Below, one piece after another: positions 29,136 through 40,160 of a stretch of 64,000 nucleotides of DNA. The number at the start of each line of letters is the position of its first letter. Position 1 is the first letter of the stretch. The notes beneath the pieces are model-generated. The model searched no databases, was not told where the DNA came from, and saw nothing but the letters and a program-made list of their open reading frames with translations. The translations under genes were made by a program, and so were the position numbers. This DNA comes from Candidatus Omnitrophota bacterium (GTDB lineage Bacteria > Omnitrophota > Gorgyraeia > Zapsychrales > Fredricksoniimonadaceae), in contig JACQCF010000018.1 of the NCBI GenBank assembly GCA_016201795.1, forward strand, positions 2,820-66,819, written 5' to 3'.

Positions 29136-29447
29136 CCCCTCATGTCTTTCGAACGTTTCCTGCGTATTTATAAGAAATTCTATTTTGATGAAGTCAAAGC
29201 CCACACGCTTTTGTATGGCGTTCTTTCTGGAAGCTGCGCGAATTGCAAAACTATGGACATTAAGCTTGATAGCCCGCAGTGCCCTTCCTGCAAGAATGCG
29301 TTTAAATACATTGCCTTTATGAATCCACGGGATCATTGGCCTAAAATGCTTAAGATAGCCCAGGAGCGCACTGATGTGATTTTTATGGATTATGATGATT
29401 TTAAGAAGTCAGAAGGCGAATTGAGGGCCAAAGATATTTTAAAATGA
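29136..29447 (+). CDS. Small Cys4 zinc-ribbon protein, function unknown
   Basis: CANCK…CPSCK gives a C-x2-C…C-x2-C arrangement. There is an ATGA overlap with the downstream M20 peptidase. A TATAAT box lies 7 nt upstream of the ATG, so the transcript may be leaderless. The ORF-track start at 29052 is less likely. Confidence 0.4.
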   Translation, partial: PLMSFERFLRIYKKFYFDEVKAHTLLYGVLSGSCANCKTMDIKLDSPQCPSCKNAFKYIAFMNPRDHWPKMLKIAQERTDVIFMDYDDFKKSEGELRAKDILK

Positions 29448-30586
29448 TTAATAAAAATAGACTGATTAAATTAACCCAAAGACTATTGCAGTTTAATTCA
29501 GTGAATCCGCCGGGCAATGAGTTGCAGGTAGCGCGTTTTATTGAGAAAGATTTGCGTTCGCTGGGGCTTGATGTCAAAACTTATAGTTTTCAAAAGAACC
29601 GTCCCAATGTGATTGCTACCCTTAAAGGAACCTGGCCGCGTCAGCAGGCAGCCAAAGAAGCGGTATTGATCACACCGCACATGGATACCGTGCCTTTTGG
29701 ACGGGGGTGGAAATTTAATCCTTTAGGCGCCACTATTAACCAAGGCCGCATTTACGGACGGGGTGCCAGCGATGATAAAGGCAATGCGGCCGTAGGCATG
29801 GAGGCCTTGTGTTCTTTGGTAGAAGACGGTACACGGCTTAAACGCGATATCATTTTTGCAGCCACCGTCGATGAAGAAACCGGCAGCCATCAGGGCATCA
29901 GGCCTTTATTAGAGAAGGGCATTTTGCGCCCTAAAGTTGCTTTGATTACGGATTCCGAGGAGTTTGACTGCATCATCGCCCAAAAAGGCCTGGTTCATGG
30001 CCGGGTACAGATTTTTGGTAAAAAAGCCCACGGCGCTTACAACTGGCTGGGGGTTAATGCCATTGAAATCGCCTCCCGCGTGATCAATCGTCTTAAGGAG
30101 CATCAGTTTAAATTCAAAAAACATCCGCTGCTGGTGCCGCCGACGAAAAATATCGGAACGATCCGCGGTGGGGATAAGGTCAATATGGTGGCGGATTTTT
30201 GCGAGTTTGCCATCGATATTCGTTTTATGCCGGGCATGAGGGTCCAGGGTGTTTTAAAAGAAATTAAGAAAATCATCGCTTGGGAGAGCAAAAATTTTAA
30301 AGTGATCATCGACGACACCCAAAAGCCTTATGAACTTAATTCCAGACATCCTTTTGTGAAAACCTATGTGGATGTGTGCCGCAACATGGGTTTGAAGGCG
30401 CGGTTAAAAGGAAGCCAGGGGGCAACGGTGATTACCTTTTTTCAGGATTATGGGATTCCGGCTTTTTCAACGGGCTGGGGCGCTCATGGGGTGATTCACG
30501 CCAACGATGAATACGCCTCTATCAAAACACTTTATAACGGAGCCAGGGTACTGGAGGCTTTTTTAAAGGAGTATGATAAGCATTAA
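29444..30586 (+). CDS. M20-family metallopeptidase (ArgE/DapE-type deacylase)
   Basis: HMDTVP and GRGASDDKG motifs, 380 aa. Confidence 0.85.
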   Translation: MINKNRLIKLTQRLLQFNSVNPPGNELQVARFIEKDLRSLGLDVKTYSFQKNRPNVIATLKGTWPRQQAAKEAVLITPHMDTVPFGRGWKFNPLGATINQGRIYGRGASDDKGNAAVGMEALCSLVEDGTRLKRDIIFAATVDEETGSHQGIRPLLEKGILRPKVALITDSEEFDCIIAQKGLVHGRVQIFGKKAHGAYNWLGVNAIEIASRVINRLKEHQFKFKKHPLLVPPTKNIGTIRGGDKVNMVADFCEFAIDIRFMPGMRVQGVLKEIKKIIAWESKNFKVIIDDTQKPYELNSRHPFVKTYVDVCRNMGLKARLKGSQGATVITFFQDYGIPAFSTGWGAHGVIHANDEYASIKTLYNGARVLEAFLKEYDKH

Positions 30587-31277
30587 AAGTTTCATGTCAT
30601 TGACACTTATTTTATTTGCTCTTTTTCAGAATGCCGTCTACGCTGATCCTTTTGCCTCTGGGGAGAAGGTTCATTATAATATCGTGCAGATGGGGCTTAA
30701 AGTCGGCGAGGCGACACTCAATTTTGTGGGACTCTTCCCGTACATGGGTCAAGATTTATTTTTGGTTATTTTTAAGGCCGAGGGTTTTAATTTTTTGGAT
30801 GAAGAGAAAATTTATTTAAACCCTCAAGACTACCTGCCGTTGATGGTGGATCGTAATTTGAATATTTTTGGTCATAAGGAAAGGATTATCGAAGAATATA
30901 TCCAAAAAGAGGGACGGGTTCGCGTTATGAAGATAGTCAATGAAAAAGTAACGGAACAGCGCATTGTTAAAAGGACGCCTTTGGACAATATTTACGCCTT
31001 CATTTACCGTTACCGCAAAAGCGGTTCATTTAAAATCGGTGATATGCTGGATGTGAATTTACCAACCAAAGATTTAAAGATTGAATTAGTCAAACGTATG
31101 TCTGTGCGTGCCGCTGGTAAAGAATATGACAGTTTTTTTATGCAAAGCAAACCGGCCAAATACAAAATTTGGTTTGATGCCTCAAGTCAGAAAATACCGC
31201 TTCGCATCAGCGGTGCTATAGGACTCGCCAATACCGTGATGGTGATGACAGGATATGAAAACACAATTGCCCGATAA
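30573..31277 (+). CDS. Secreted hypothetical protein
   Basis: Signal peptide ([15 protein letters not shown]), 234 aa, no recognisable motif. Confidence 0.5.
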   Translation: MISIKSFMSLTLILFALFQNAVYADPFASGEKVHYNIVQMGLKVGEATLNFVGLFPYMGQDLFLVIFKAEGFNFLDEEKIYLNPQDYLPLMVDRNLNIFGHKERIIEEYIQKEGRVRVMKIVNEKVTEQRIVKRTPLDNIYAFIYRYRKSGSFKIGDMLDVNLPTKDLKIELVKRMSVRAAGKEYDSFFMQSKPAKYKIWFDASSQKIPLRISGAIGLANTVMVMTGYENTIAR

Positions 31278-32439
31278 AGGTGGTCATTTTGGCCCCTTCG
31301 GCGGCTGTTATGCGCCCGAGACTTTGATGGGCCTTTTGCTGGATCTTGAGAAAGAGTTTCATAAAATCCGCAGGGATCAAAAATTCCGACGGGAATTTGA
31401 ATTCTACCTGAAGGAATACGCCGGGCGGCCCACGAATTTATATCTGGCTAAACGTTTAAGCGCGTATTTAAAAACGCTCAAGGTGTATTTGAAGCGTGAG
31501 GATTTATTGCATACCGGCGCGCACAAAATCAATAATACCTTAGGGCAGATTCTCGTGGCCAGACGCATGGGCAAGACGCGTATTATCGCTGAGACCGGCG
31601 CCGGTCAGCACGGAGTGGCGACCGCCACGGCCGCGGCTTTATTTGGACTTAAATGCGTTATTTACATGGGATCGAAAGACGTGCGCCGTCAATCCTTAAA
31701 CGTTTTTCGCATGAAACTTTTGGGAGCCGAGGTAATCCCCGTCGAGAGCGGCTCCCGGACGCTTAAAGACGCCATGAATGAAGCGGTGCGCGATTGGGTG
31801 ACCAATGTGCGCGATACGTTTTACATCATCGGCTCTGTGGCCGGGTTTCATCCGTATCCGGTCATGGTCCGCACCTTTCAATCGGTCATCGGACAGGAAG
31901 CTCGTCGGCAATTTTTGAGCAAAGAAGGCCGCCTGCCGAATTATTTGGTGGCCTGTGTCGGCGGAGGCAGCAATGCCATGGGGCTGTTCCATGCGTTTTA
32001 TAAGGATCAATCCGTGAAGATGATCGGGGTAGAAGCGGCTGGCCACGGTCTTCATACGCATGCGCATGCCGCGACGCTCATGAAAGGTCAGGTGGGTGTT
32101 TTGCACGGCAGTAAAAGTATGCTGCTGCAGGACAAGGATGGTCAGGTGCAGATGGCGCATTCGGTGGCGGCGGGTTTGGATTATCCCGGGGTGGGACCTG
32201 AACATGCGTATTATCAAAAAATTGGCCGCGCCCAATATGTGGCCATCGATGACAAACAGGCTATTGCTGGTTTGAAGTTATTGGCCCGTACGGAAGGTAT
32301 TATTCCAGCGCTGGAAACCGCGCACGCCATTGCCTATTTAGAAAAATTAGCCCGACGGGTTAGGGGCAAAGCTTCCGTGATTGTCTGTTTATCCGGCCGA
32401 GGCGACAAGGACATGGGACAAATTTCACAGCTCATATGA
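31255..32439 (+). CDS. trpB: Tryptophan synthase beta chain
   Basis: [12 protein letters not shown]-lysine motif and GGGSNA. Confidence 0.95.
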   Translation: MKTQLPDKGGHFGPFGGCYAPETLMGLLLDLEKEFHKIRRDQKFRREFEFYLKEYAGRPTNLYLAKRLSAYLKTLKVYLKREDLLHTGAHKINNTLGQILVARRMGKTRIIAETGAGQHGVATATAAALFGLKCVIYMGSKDVRRQSLNVFRMKLLGAEVIPVESGSRTLKDAMNEAVRDWVTNVRDTFYIIGSVAGFHPYPVMVRTFQSVIGQEARRQFLSKEGRLPNYLVACVGGGSNAMGLFHAFYKDQSVKMIGVEAAGHGLHTHAHAATLMKGQVGVLHGSKSMLLQDKDGQVQMAHSVAAGLDYPGVGPEHAYYQKIGRAQYVAIDDKQAIAGLKLLARTEGIIPALETAHAIAYLEKLARRVRGKASVIVCLSGRGDKDMGQISQLI

Positions 32440-33245
32440 ACCGCATTGATCAAACATTTCAACAATTACGTCGACAAAAAAAGAAAGCGTTTATCGCTTT
32501 TATCAGCGCCGGTGATCCGGATTTAAAAACCACCTATGATCTGGTGCTGGCTTTGGAAAAGGCAGGGGCGGATATCATTGAATTGGGAGTGCCTTTTTCC
32601 GATCCCATGGCGGATGGCCCGACCATCCAGGCCTCTTCCATGCGGGCTTTGCACAAAGGGGCATCTTTAAAAAAGATTTTGGATTTGGTCAAACGTTTGC
32701 GCCTGAAAACCCAAATTTCTTTATGTTTAATGACGTATTACAATATTATCTTTCATCATGGCGAAAAAAAATTTGTGCAAGATGCCAAGGCCTGCGGTGT
32801 CGATGGGGTCATTGTTCCGGATTTGCCTGCGCAAGAAGCTAAAACTTTAAGAAAGGCTGCTCAAATAGCTAATTTAGCTACGATTTTTTTTGTGGCACCG
32901 ACGACCAGCAATAAGCGTATCAAGCCGATTGCCCAAGCCTCCAAAGGTTTTATTTATTATATATCCTTAACCGGAGTGACGGGTGCGCGGCAGTCTTTGC
33001 CATCAACGATTACCGCTGATTTAAAACGTATTAAAAAGGTAACCGATAAGCCCGTATGTGTGGGCTTTGGAGTTTCTACCTCGCTCCAAGTGAAAGCCAT
33101 CAACCGGGTGGCTGACGGGGTCATTGTCGGCAGCGCCATTGTAAGGAAAATTGAAGAAAATTCTTCAAGGAATTGTTTGATTGAAAATGTTGCAAAATAC
33201 GTAAAATCTTTGGTCACTTTGTGTCATTGCGAAGGAACGAAGTGA
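32436..33245 (+). CDS. trpA: Tryptophan synthase alpha chain
   Basis: TrpA fold motifs ([23 protein letters not shown]). The last roughly 8 codons and the stop lie inside repeat copy B. Confidence 0.9.
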   Translation: MNRIDQTFQQLRRQKKKAFIAFISAGDPDLKTTYDLVLALEKAGADIIELGVPFSDPMADGPTIQASSMRALHKGASLKKILDLVKRLRLKTQISLCLMTYYNIIFHHGEKKFVQDAKACGVDGVIVPDLPAQEAKTLRKAAQIANLATIFFVAPTTSNKRIKPIAQASKGFIYYISLTGVTGARQSLPSTITADLKRIKKVTDKPVCVGFGVSTSLQVKAINRVADGVIVGSAIVRKIEENSSRNCLIENVAKYVKSLVTLCHCEGTK

Positions 33246-33312
33246 CTGAAGCAATCTCTTAAAAAAGATTGCTTCGTCGCCCCGCATCAGCGGGACTCCT
33301 CGCAATGACACT
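33221..33312. repeat. Nested-palindrome intergenic repeat, copy B
   Basis: It has the same outer stem (gtgtcattgcgaagg / cctcgcaatgacac) and inner stem (gaagcaatc / gattgcttc) as copy A. It also has an extra hairpin, cccgcatcagcggg. It overlaps the 3' end of trpA. Confidence 0.6.
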
Positions 33313-33321
33313 ATATAATTC

Positions 33322-34593
33322 ATGCGCCGTCTAACCACTCTTGATAATAAAATCCGCATTGTCACCCAAACCTTAAAAGACCGCGACAGTACTGCGGTGG
33401 GGATCTGGTTTGGGGTCGGCGGCCGTTATGAAAACTCACGCCATAAAGGCCTGGCTCATTTTATGGAGCATATGGCTTTCAAAGGCAGCCAACACTATTC
33501 GTGCGATGAAATCAAACAGCTGATCGAAGGGGTGGGCGGCAACCTCAATGCTTTTACCGGTGAGGAAGAAACCTGTTATTATGCCAAAGTTCCCCGCCAA
33601 CACCTCCATCAAACTTTTGATATTCTGGCGGATATCAGTTTTTTTCCTAAAATTGCCAAAAGCGATTTGGAAAAAGAACGTACCGTGATTTTAGAAGAGA
33701 TTAAAATGTACCATGATCTGCCGCAGTATTACGTGGTGGAGCTTTTAGAAGAGCTTTTGTGGCCTCATCATCCGTTAGGGGAAAGTTTAGCAGGGACCAG
33801 GCAAGCCGTTTCTGCGATGAAGACCAAAGATTTAAAAAATTTTCAACAGCGTTTTTATGTGCCGGATAATGTGGTGATTGCCGCCTGCGGCGCCATGGAT
33901 CACGAGGATTTGATCAAAACCGTGGCCCAGAAATTGGGTCGTTTAAAAGGGTGTAAACAAGATCAGTATGTGGCGGCCCGACGCGGGCAGCATAATCCCT
34001 CAGCCAAATTTTTTACTAAAACGACCGAACAGATGCATTTGGCCCTGGGGTTTTTAGCCTATGAAATCAATCACAAAGACTATTACGTGCTGGCTTTGTT
34101 AAGTGTCATTTTAGGGGGGAATATGTCCAGCCGTTTGTTTAATGAAGTGCGTGAGCAAAGAGGGCTGGCCTATTCGATCGGCAGTTCGGTCAAAAGTTTG
34201 GATGATACCGGTATGTTGATGATTCGTGCCGGGGTTGATAATCACAAGATCGTCGATGCTCTGGAGCTGATCCTGAAAGTTTTGCGTAAAATCAGCCGTG
34301 AAGGCGCTGGCCAAGATGAGCTTAAACGGGCCAAAGAATATTTTTTAGGCCAGTTTCTTTTGGGCTTAGAAGACACTATGGAGCATATGATCTGGTTAGG
34401 GGGAGTACTCATCAGCCGTGATCAAACCAAAACCAGCCAGGACGTCATATTTAAAATTAACGCGGTCAGTTTAGGTGATATAAAGCGGGTGGCCGAGGAA
34501 ATTTTGGCACCGTCGGGTCTGAACGTCAGTTTAATTGGGCCTTTGGATAAATACCGGGAACGGGCGCTGGCTAAAATCGTGGGGATTGTCTAA
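33322..34593 (+). CDS. M16-family zinc peptidase (insulinase/PqqL-like)
   Basis: Inverted zinc motif HFMEHMAFKGS (HxxEH). Confidence 0.85.
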   Translation: MRRLTTLDNKIRIVTQTLKDRDSTAVGIWFGVGGRYENSRHKGLAHFMEHMAFKGSQHYSCDEIKQLIEGVGGNLNAFTGEEETCYYAKVPRQHLHQTFDILADISFFPKIAKSDLEKERTVILEEIKMYHDLPQYYVVELLEELLWPHHPLGESLAGTRQAVSAMKTKDLKNFQQRFYVPDNVVIAACGAMDHEDLIKTVAQKLGRLKGCKQDQYVAARRGQHNPSAKFFTKTTEQMHLALGFLAYEINHKDYYVLALLSVILGGNMSSRLFNEVREQRGLAYSIGSSVKSLDDTGMLMIRAGVDNHKIVDALELILKVLRKISREGAGQDELKRAKEYFLGQFLLGLEDTMEHMIWLGGVLISRDQTKTSQDVIFKINAVSLGDIKRVAEEILAPSGLNVSLIGPLDKYRERALAKIVGIV

Positions 34594-34620
34594 ACAAAGC
34601 AATTGTGTTATATTTTAAGT

Positions 34621-34962
34621 ATGGAAACAGTGAATCAACCTTTAGTGACGTTAACGGATTCTGCCGTCGAGAAAGTCAAGTCCATGATGACCAAAGAGGG
34701 CAAGGAAGGCTATGCCTTGCGTTTTGGTGTTGTCACCGGCGGGTGTGCGGGACTTTCGTATGAGATGAAATTTCAGAAAAATCCGTATGAGAATGACATT
34801 GCTTTTGAACAAAAGGGTTTGAAGATTATTATTAACCAGGAAAGCGTTGAGTTTGTCAAAGGTGTTGAAATCGATTATGTCGATACCCTGCGCGAAAGTG
34901 GTTTTAAATACAGCAACCCCGGTGCCAAGTCCAGTTGCGGCTGCGGTACGTCTTTTAGTTAA
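34621..34962 (+). CDS. Iron-sulfur cluster insertion protein (IscA/ErpA/SufA family)
   Basis: C-terminal CGCGTSF and an internal Cys; HesB-like. The ORF-track TTG start at 34603 is the alternative. Confidence 0.85.
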   Translation: METVNQPLVTLTDSAVEKVKSMMTKEGKEGYALRFGVVTGGCAGLSYEMKFQKNPYENDIAFEQKGLKIIINQESVEFVKGVEIDYVDTLRESGFKYSNPGAKSSCGCGTSFS

Positions 34963-36738
<1,776 letters not shown>

Positions 36739-36747
36739 ATTTGAGAT

Positions 36748-38607
36748 TTACGCTGTCGCTAACGTCAAAGAGGGGCTAAAGGCGTGGGCGTGGTCTTCAC
36801 AAATTCGCAGTAAATTCATTCGGCATTCTTCCAGTTCATTGAGCATTTTGGTGCGCAGTTCAACTGTTTCTTCTACCATTTGCGGGAAAAGCCCCCGGTA
36901 ATACTCAATGCCTTCCAACAGATTGTTTTTGAATTCCGTAAAATACTTGGCCTTGTGTTCGTTTAAGGAATCGAGGGATTTCTGGATGTCGCCTTTGAGA
37001 TAATCCACATACATCCGCAACTCTTTAATAAACATATGCGGCCGGTAAGTATCGTTTAAAAGATTGATGCGCCCGTAGATGTGGTCCACCATCTGGCGCA
37101 GGGCAACGATTTTAGAAAAGTGAGCGATATTCGGCCCCGGACAAATAGCACTGAAGCGCGGCACATTGGTGGAAATATCGTTTTTCATAAGAGCGACCTC
37201 ACCTAGATCATGGCAAATGCAGGCCTTGGAGACGATCGCATCAAAACGTTTTTTGTATTCCATCTCGTCTAAATTTTGGGTGCCCAACTGTTCGATTTTT
37301 GATTTTTGATACTGGCGGCTGGCGACGCAAATCGGCTGCGCGGTAAACTCCCTGTTGGAGACCAGATGCCCTTTGGGGCAGGCGCTGCCCGGACGGCCGC
37401 GCACGACTTTCATGTCTTTTTCCATATCGCTTAAGGAATCGCGCAGATTGTTAAAGGGGATACCCAGCGGCGAAACATCGCTCACATACAAATCTTTTTC
37501 CGTGGCTTTGGCCAATTTGTTTAAGGTCACTACATCCACATTGGTGGCTTCGGGGCAGAGCAGAAACGGCGTGGCCCAGCCGGTGCCGTCGAGGTCATAG
37601 CGTTTGCGCAGAAATTCATCTTCTCTGACGTTACCGATGCCGCCCTGGGCCGTGATTCTGACCTCGTGCGGCTGGTTAGAGCAAATTTTATTTTTGAGCT
37701 TTAACGCTTCATTACAAATTTTGTGCAATTCGTCCACCAGCTGCTGGCGTTTGGCGCGGAATTCTTCCAGGATAGGCCCCATTAAAAATCCGTCGGTGGC
37801 AAAAAGGTGTCCGCCGCAGTTAAGGCCGGATTCAATACGGTATTCGGAGACCCACAGGCCCTTTTTGGCAAAGAATTTACCCTGAATGAGGGTGGAACGA
37901 AAATCGCTGACTTTAAGGATAATTTTCTTTTTGATTTCACCTTTTGTATCGGCATAAAAATCTTTAAACTGCTCGGCGTAGGCGTACAGGCGGCGGTTAA
38001 ACCCGGCTGAGAAGACGATGGCTGATTTCAGTTTACTCTGGGCGTAGCCGCGCAGGGCGGAGAGCGCATCCGAAAATTCCGGGGGCAAGAGGTTGCCTTG
38101 AACGTCATAATTGTCGCGGTCGAGTTTGGTCATAATATTGACGTTGATATCCCCCGGTCTCATGGACTCCCGTAAACTTTTTTGCAGGGCTATTTTGAGT
38201 TTATGATCCGTGCAGGAAAGCATGTGCTGGTAAGCGGCCTTGAGTACGGAGTCTTCCGGCAGCATCTCAAAATATTTGGTGATTTCTGAGCCGGGCTCAA
38301 ATTCAGAATTTTTGACAGCCTCAAATTCTTTCTCCACAATCCAGTGCACCAAATCCAGATAGGTGGTGATGCGCCGGGCGCGCCAATCCTCATCGTGTTT
38401 GGTGATGGGCGTATAGGCTTGCTGGTATTTTTCGCAGTAAAATTTGCGCATCTGCTCAATGAGCGTATCATCCACCAGGGAAATGACGGAGTGAATGCCG
38501 TACTTGGCCACTTTAATAGGGGTATCAATCGAAAACCCCGTGCCCATGACCGGAATATGGAAACTGTGAATAGGGGGTACTTTCAACATGTTTATAGTAT
38601 AAACCAT
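36748..38607 (-). CDS. Conserved hypothetical protein (619 aa), possibly a TIM-barrel oxidoreductase-like enzyme
   Basis: Long uninterrupted ORF on the minus strand. Motifs VMGTGFS, NCGGHLFATDGF and AQGGIGNVRED are noted. No confident family assignment. Confidence 0.65.
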   Translation of the reverse strand: MVYTINMLKVPPIHSFHIPVMGTGFSIDTPIKVAKYGIHSVISLVDDTLIEQMRKFYCEKYQQAYTPITKHDEDWRARRITTYLDLVHWIVEKEFEAVKNSEFEPGSEITKYFEMLPEDSVLKAAYQHMLSCTDHKLKIALQKSLRESMRPGDINVNIMTKLDRDNYDVQGNLLPPEFSDALSALRGYAQSKLKSAIVFSAGFNRRLYAYAEQFKDFYADTKGEIKKKIILKVSDFRSTLIQGKFFAKKGLWVSEYRIESGLNCGGHLFATDGFLMGPILEEFRAKRQQLVDELHKICNEALKLKNKICSNQPHEVRITAQGGIGNVREDEFLRKRYDLDGTGWATPFLLCPEATNVDVVTLNKLAKATEKDLYVSDVSPLGIPFNNLRDSLSDMEKDMKVVRGRPGSACPKGHLVSNREFTAQPICVASRQYQKSKIEQLGTQNLDEMEYKKRFDAIVSKACICHDLGEVALMKNDISTNVPRFSAICPGPNIAHFSKIVALRQMVDHIYGRINLLNDTYRPHMFIKELRMYVDYLKGDIQKSLDSLNEHKAKYFTEFKNNLLEGIEYYRGLFPQMVEETVELRTKMLNELEECRMNLLRICEDHAHAFSPSLTLATA

Positions 38608-38716
38608 AGGGGCTGGAAAGCAAGAAATATGTTGTTGAAATTATTTAATACTTAGTTATACTACAGGGCAGATTTGAACAGGTTTTAATCCTTAACTTAC
38701 AGTGAGGAAATTGGTT

Positions 38717-39397
38717 ATGAACGACGATTTTAATTCTTTGTGGCAGTCACTGGCACTTTTGCTGCGTTCTCATCCGTGGCACGGTATTCCCATCGGTGAG
38801 GATGCGCCTAAATTGGTGAATACTTATATTGAAACGGTTCCTTCAGATACGGTCAAATATGAAATGGATAAAAAAAGTGGGTTTTTAAAAGTCGACCGTC
38901 CACAGAAATATTCCAGTATTTGTCCGACACTATACGGGTTTATCCCGCAAACTTACTGTTCCAAAAATGTGGCTCAACTCTGCCGCGAACGCACGGGCCG
39001 CGATTATGTCATCGGGGATGATGACCCTATGGACATTTGCGTCTTGACCGAAAAGGTGATCAGCCACGGAGATATTATCGTGCGCGCCATGCCCATCGGC
39101 GGCTTTCGCATGATCGACGGGGGACAGGCGGATGATAAAATCATCGCGGTGATGCAGGGCGACGGCCTTTACAGCCAGTGGAATAATATCGAAGACTGTC
39201 CGCGCGCTTTCGTCGACCGGCTCAAACATTATTTTCTGACCTACAAAGACCTTCCCGGTTCCGATGACCGCGTTTGCGAAATCACCCACGTTTACGGACG
39301 CGAGGAAGCCATGGAGGTCATCCGCCGTTCCCGCGCGGATTACACCGAACGTTTCGGCCAGCTGGAAGCCATGATTGCCGATATCCACGAAGAGTAG
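38717..39397 (+). CDS. ppa: Inorganic pyrophosphatase (family I)
   Basis: Signature DDDPMDI (D-x-D-P-x-D). RBS gaggaaa; about 226 aa. Confidence 0.8.
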   Translation: MNDDFNSLWQSLALLLRSHPWHGIPIGEDAPKLVNTYIETVPSDTVKYEMDKKSGFLKVDRPQKYSSICPTLYGFIPQTYCSKNVAQLCRERTGRDYVIGDDDPMDICVLTEKVISHGDIIVRAMPIGGFRMIDGGQADDKIIAVMQGDGLYSQWNNIEDCPRAFVDRLKHYFLTYKDLPGSDDRVCEITHVYGREEAMEVIRRSRADYTERFGQLEAMIADIHEE

Positions 39398-39406
39398 TTT
39401 TGTTGT

Positions 39407-40153
39407 ATGAGCAAACCGACCAGGTTTCTTTATCTAGGAGTTTTTGTTTTGGCAGGGATCTTGAGTGCCCCTGCTTATGCCGAGGGCGCATTTAAAAAGG
39501 ATAATCCCGACCCAGGTAAATACGAATTTGCCCGCAGCTATATTTCCGCTTTAAGTTATTTCTATGCTATCGATCAACGTTGGACTCAAAATCCTCCCAA
39601 GAAAAAATTTGCCGGTCAGGATTTAAAAATCATTCGCCGTAGCATGGAGTATTTAGTTTGGGATAACGCGGATTTAAGGATAGCTAAAAATTATATGGTT
39701 AAATATTTGTATGTGCCCAATGCCCTCATGCGGAAAGCTTCTGACATGATGATCGCGGCCTGCTATCGAGACATTGCTTTGAATAATCAGGAAAAACGGT
39801 TGTGGCAGGATTGGCTGGATAAAAAATTTTTGCGGCTGGCGATCAACCAAGACGAAAGAGCTTTTATCAAGGCTCAAGAAGCGCTGGAGCACAAGCGCAA
39901 AGAATCAGATAAATCTATTATCGAGGCTTCGATTTTGATGACCAGGGTTTTGTTAAGCCAGGATAATCCCGACGAAAAGGGACATCGCTTGGCGATCACC
40001 TCTAAAGAGCGTAATCAATTAGTGGATCATCTGGATCGTTTTGGCCGTTTGGTTTCGGATTGGGGTCTTAAAGACGGGCAGACCACTCTTGAAGCGTCCA
40101 TTGCCGTCATACGTGAAGTGTTAGAAGATTCCGTTTGGATTTCCCATAAATAA
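39407..40153 (+). CDS. Secreted hypothetical protein
   Basis: Signal peptide LAGILSAPAYAEG, 248 aa. Confidence 0.5.
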   Translation: MSKPTRFLYLGVFVLAGILSAPAYAEGAFKKDNPDPGKYEFARSYISALSYFYAIDQRWTQNPPKKKFAGQDLKIIRRSMEYLVWDNADLRIAKNYMVKYLYVPNALMRKASDMMIAACYRDIALNNQEKRLWQDWLDKKFLRLAINQDERAFIKAQEALEHKRKESDKSIIEASILMTRVLLSQDNPDEKGHRLAITSKERNQLVDHLDRFGRLVSDWGLKDGQTTLEASIAVIREVLEDSVWISHK

Positions 40154-40160
40154 GCTTTTC

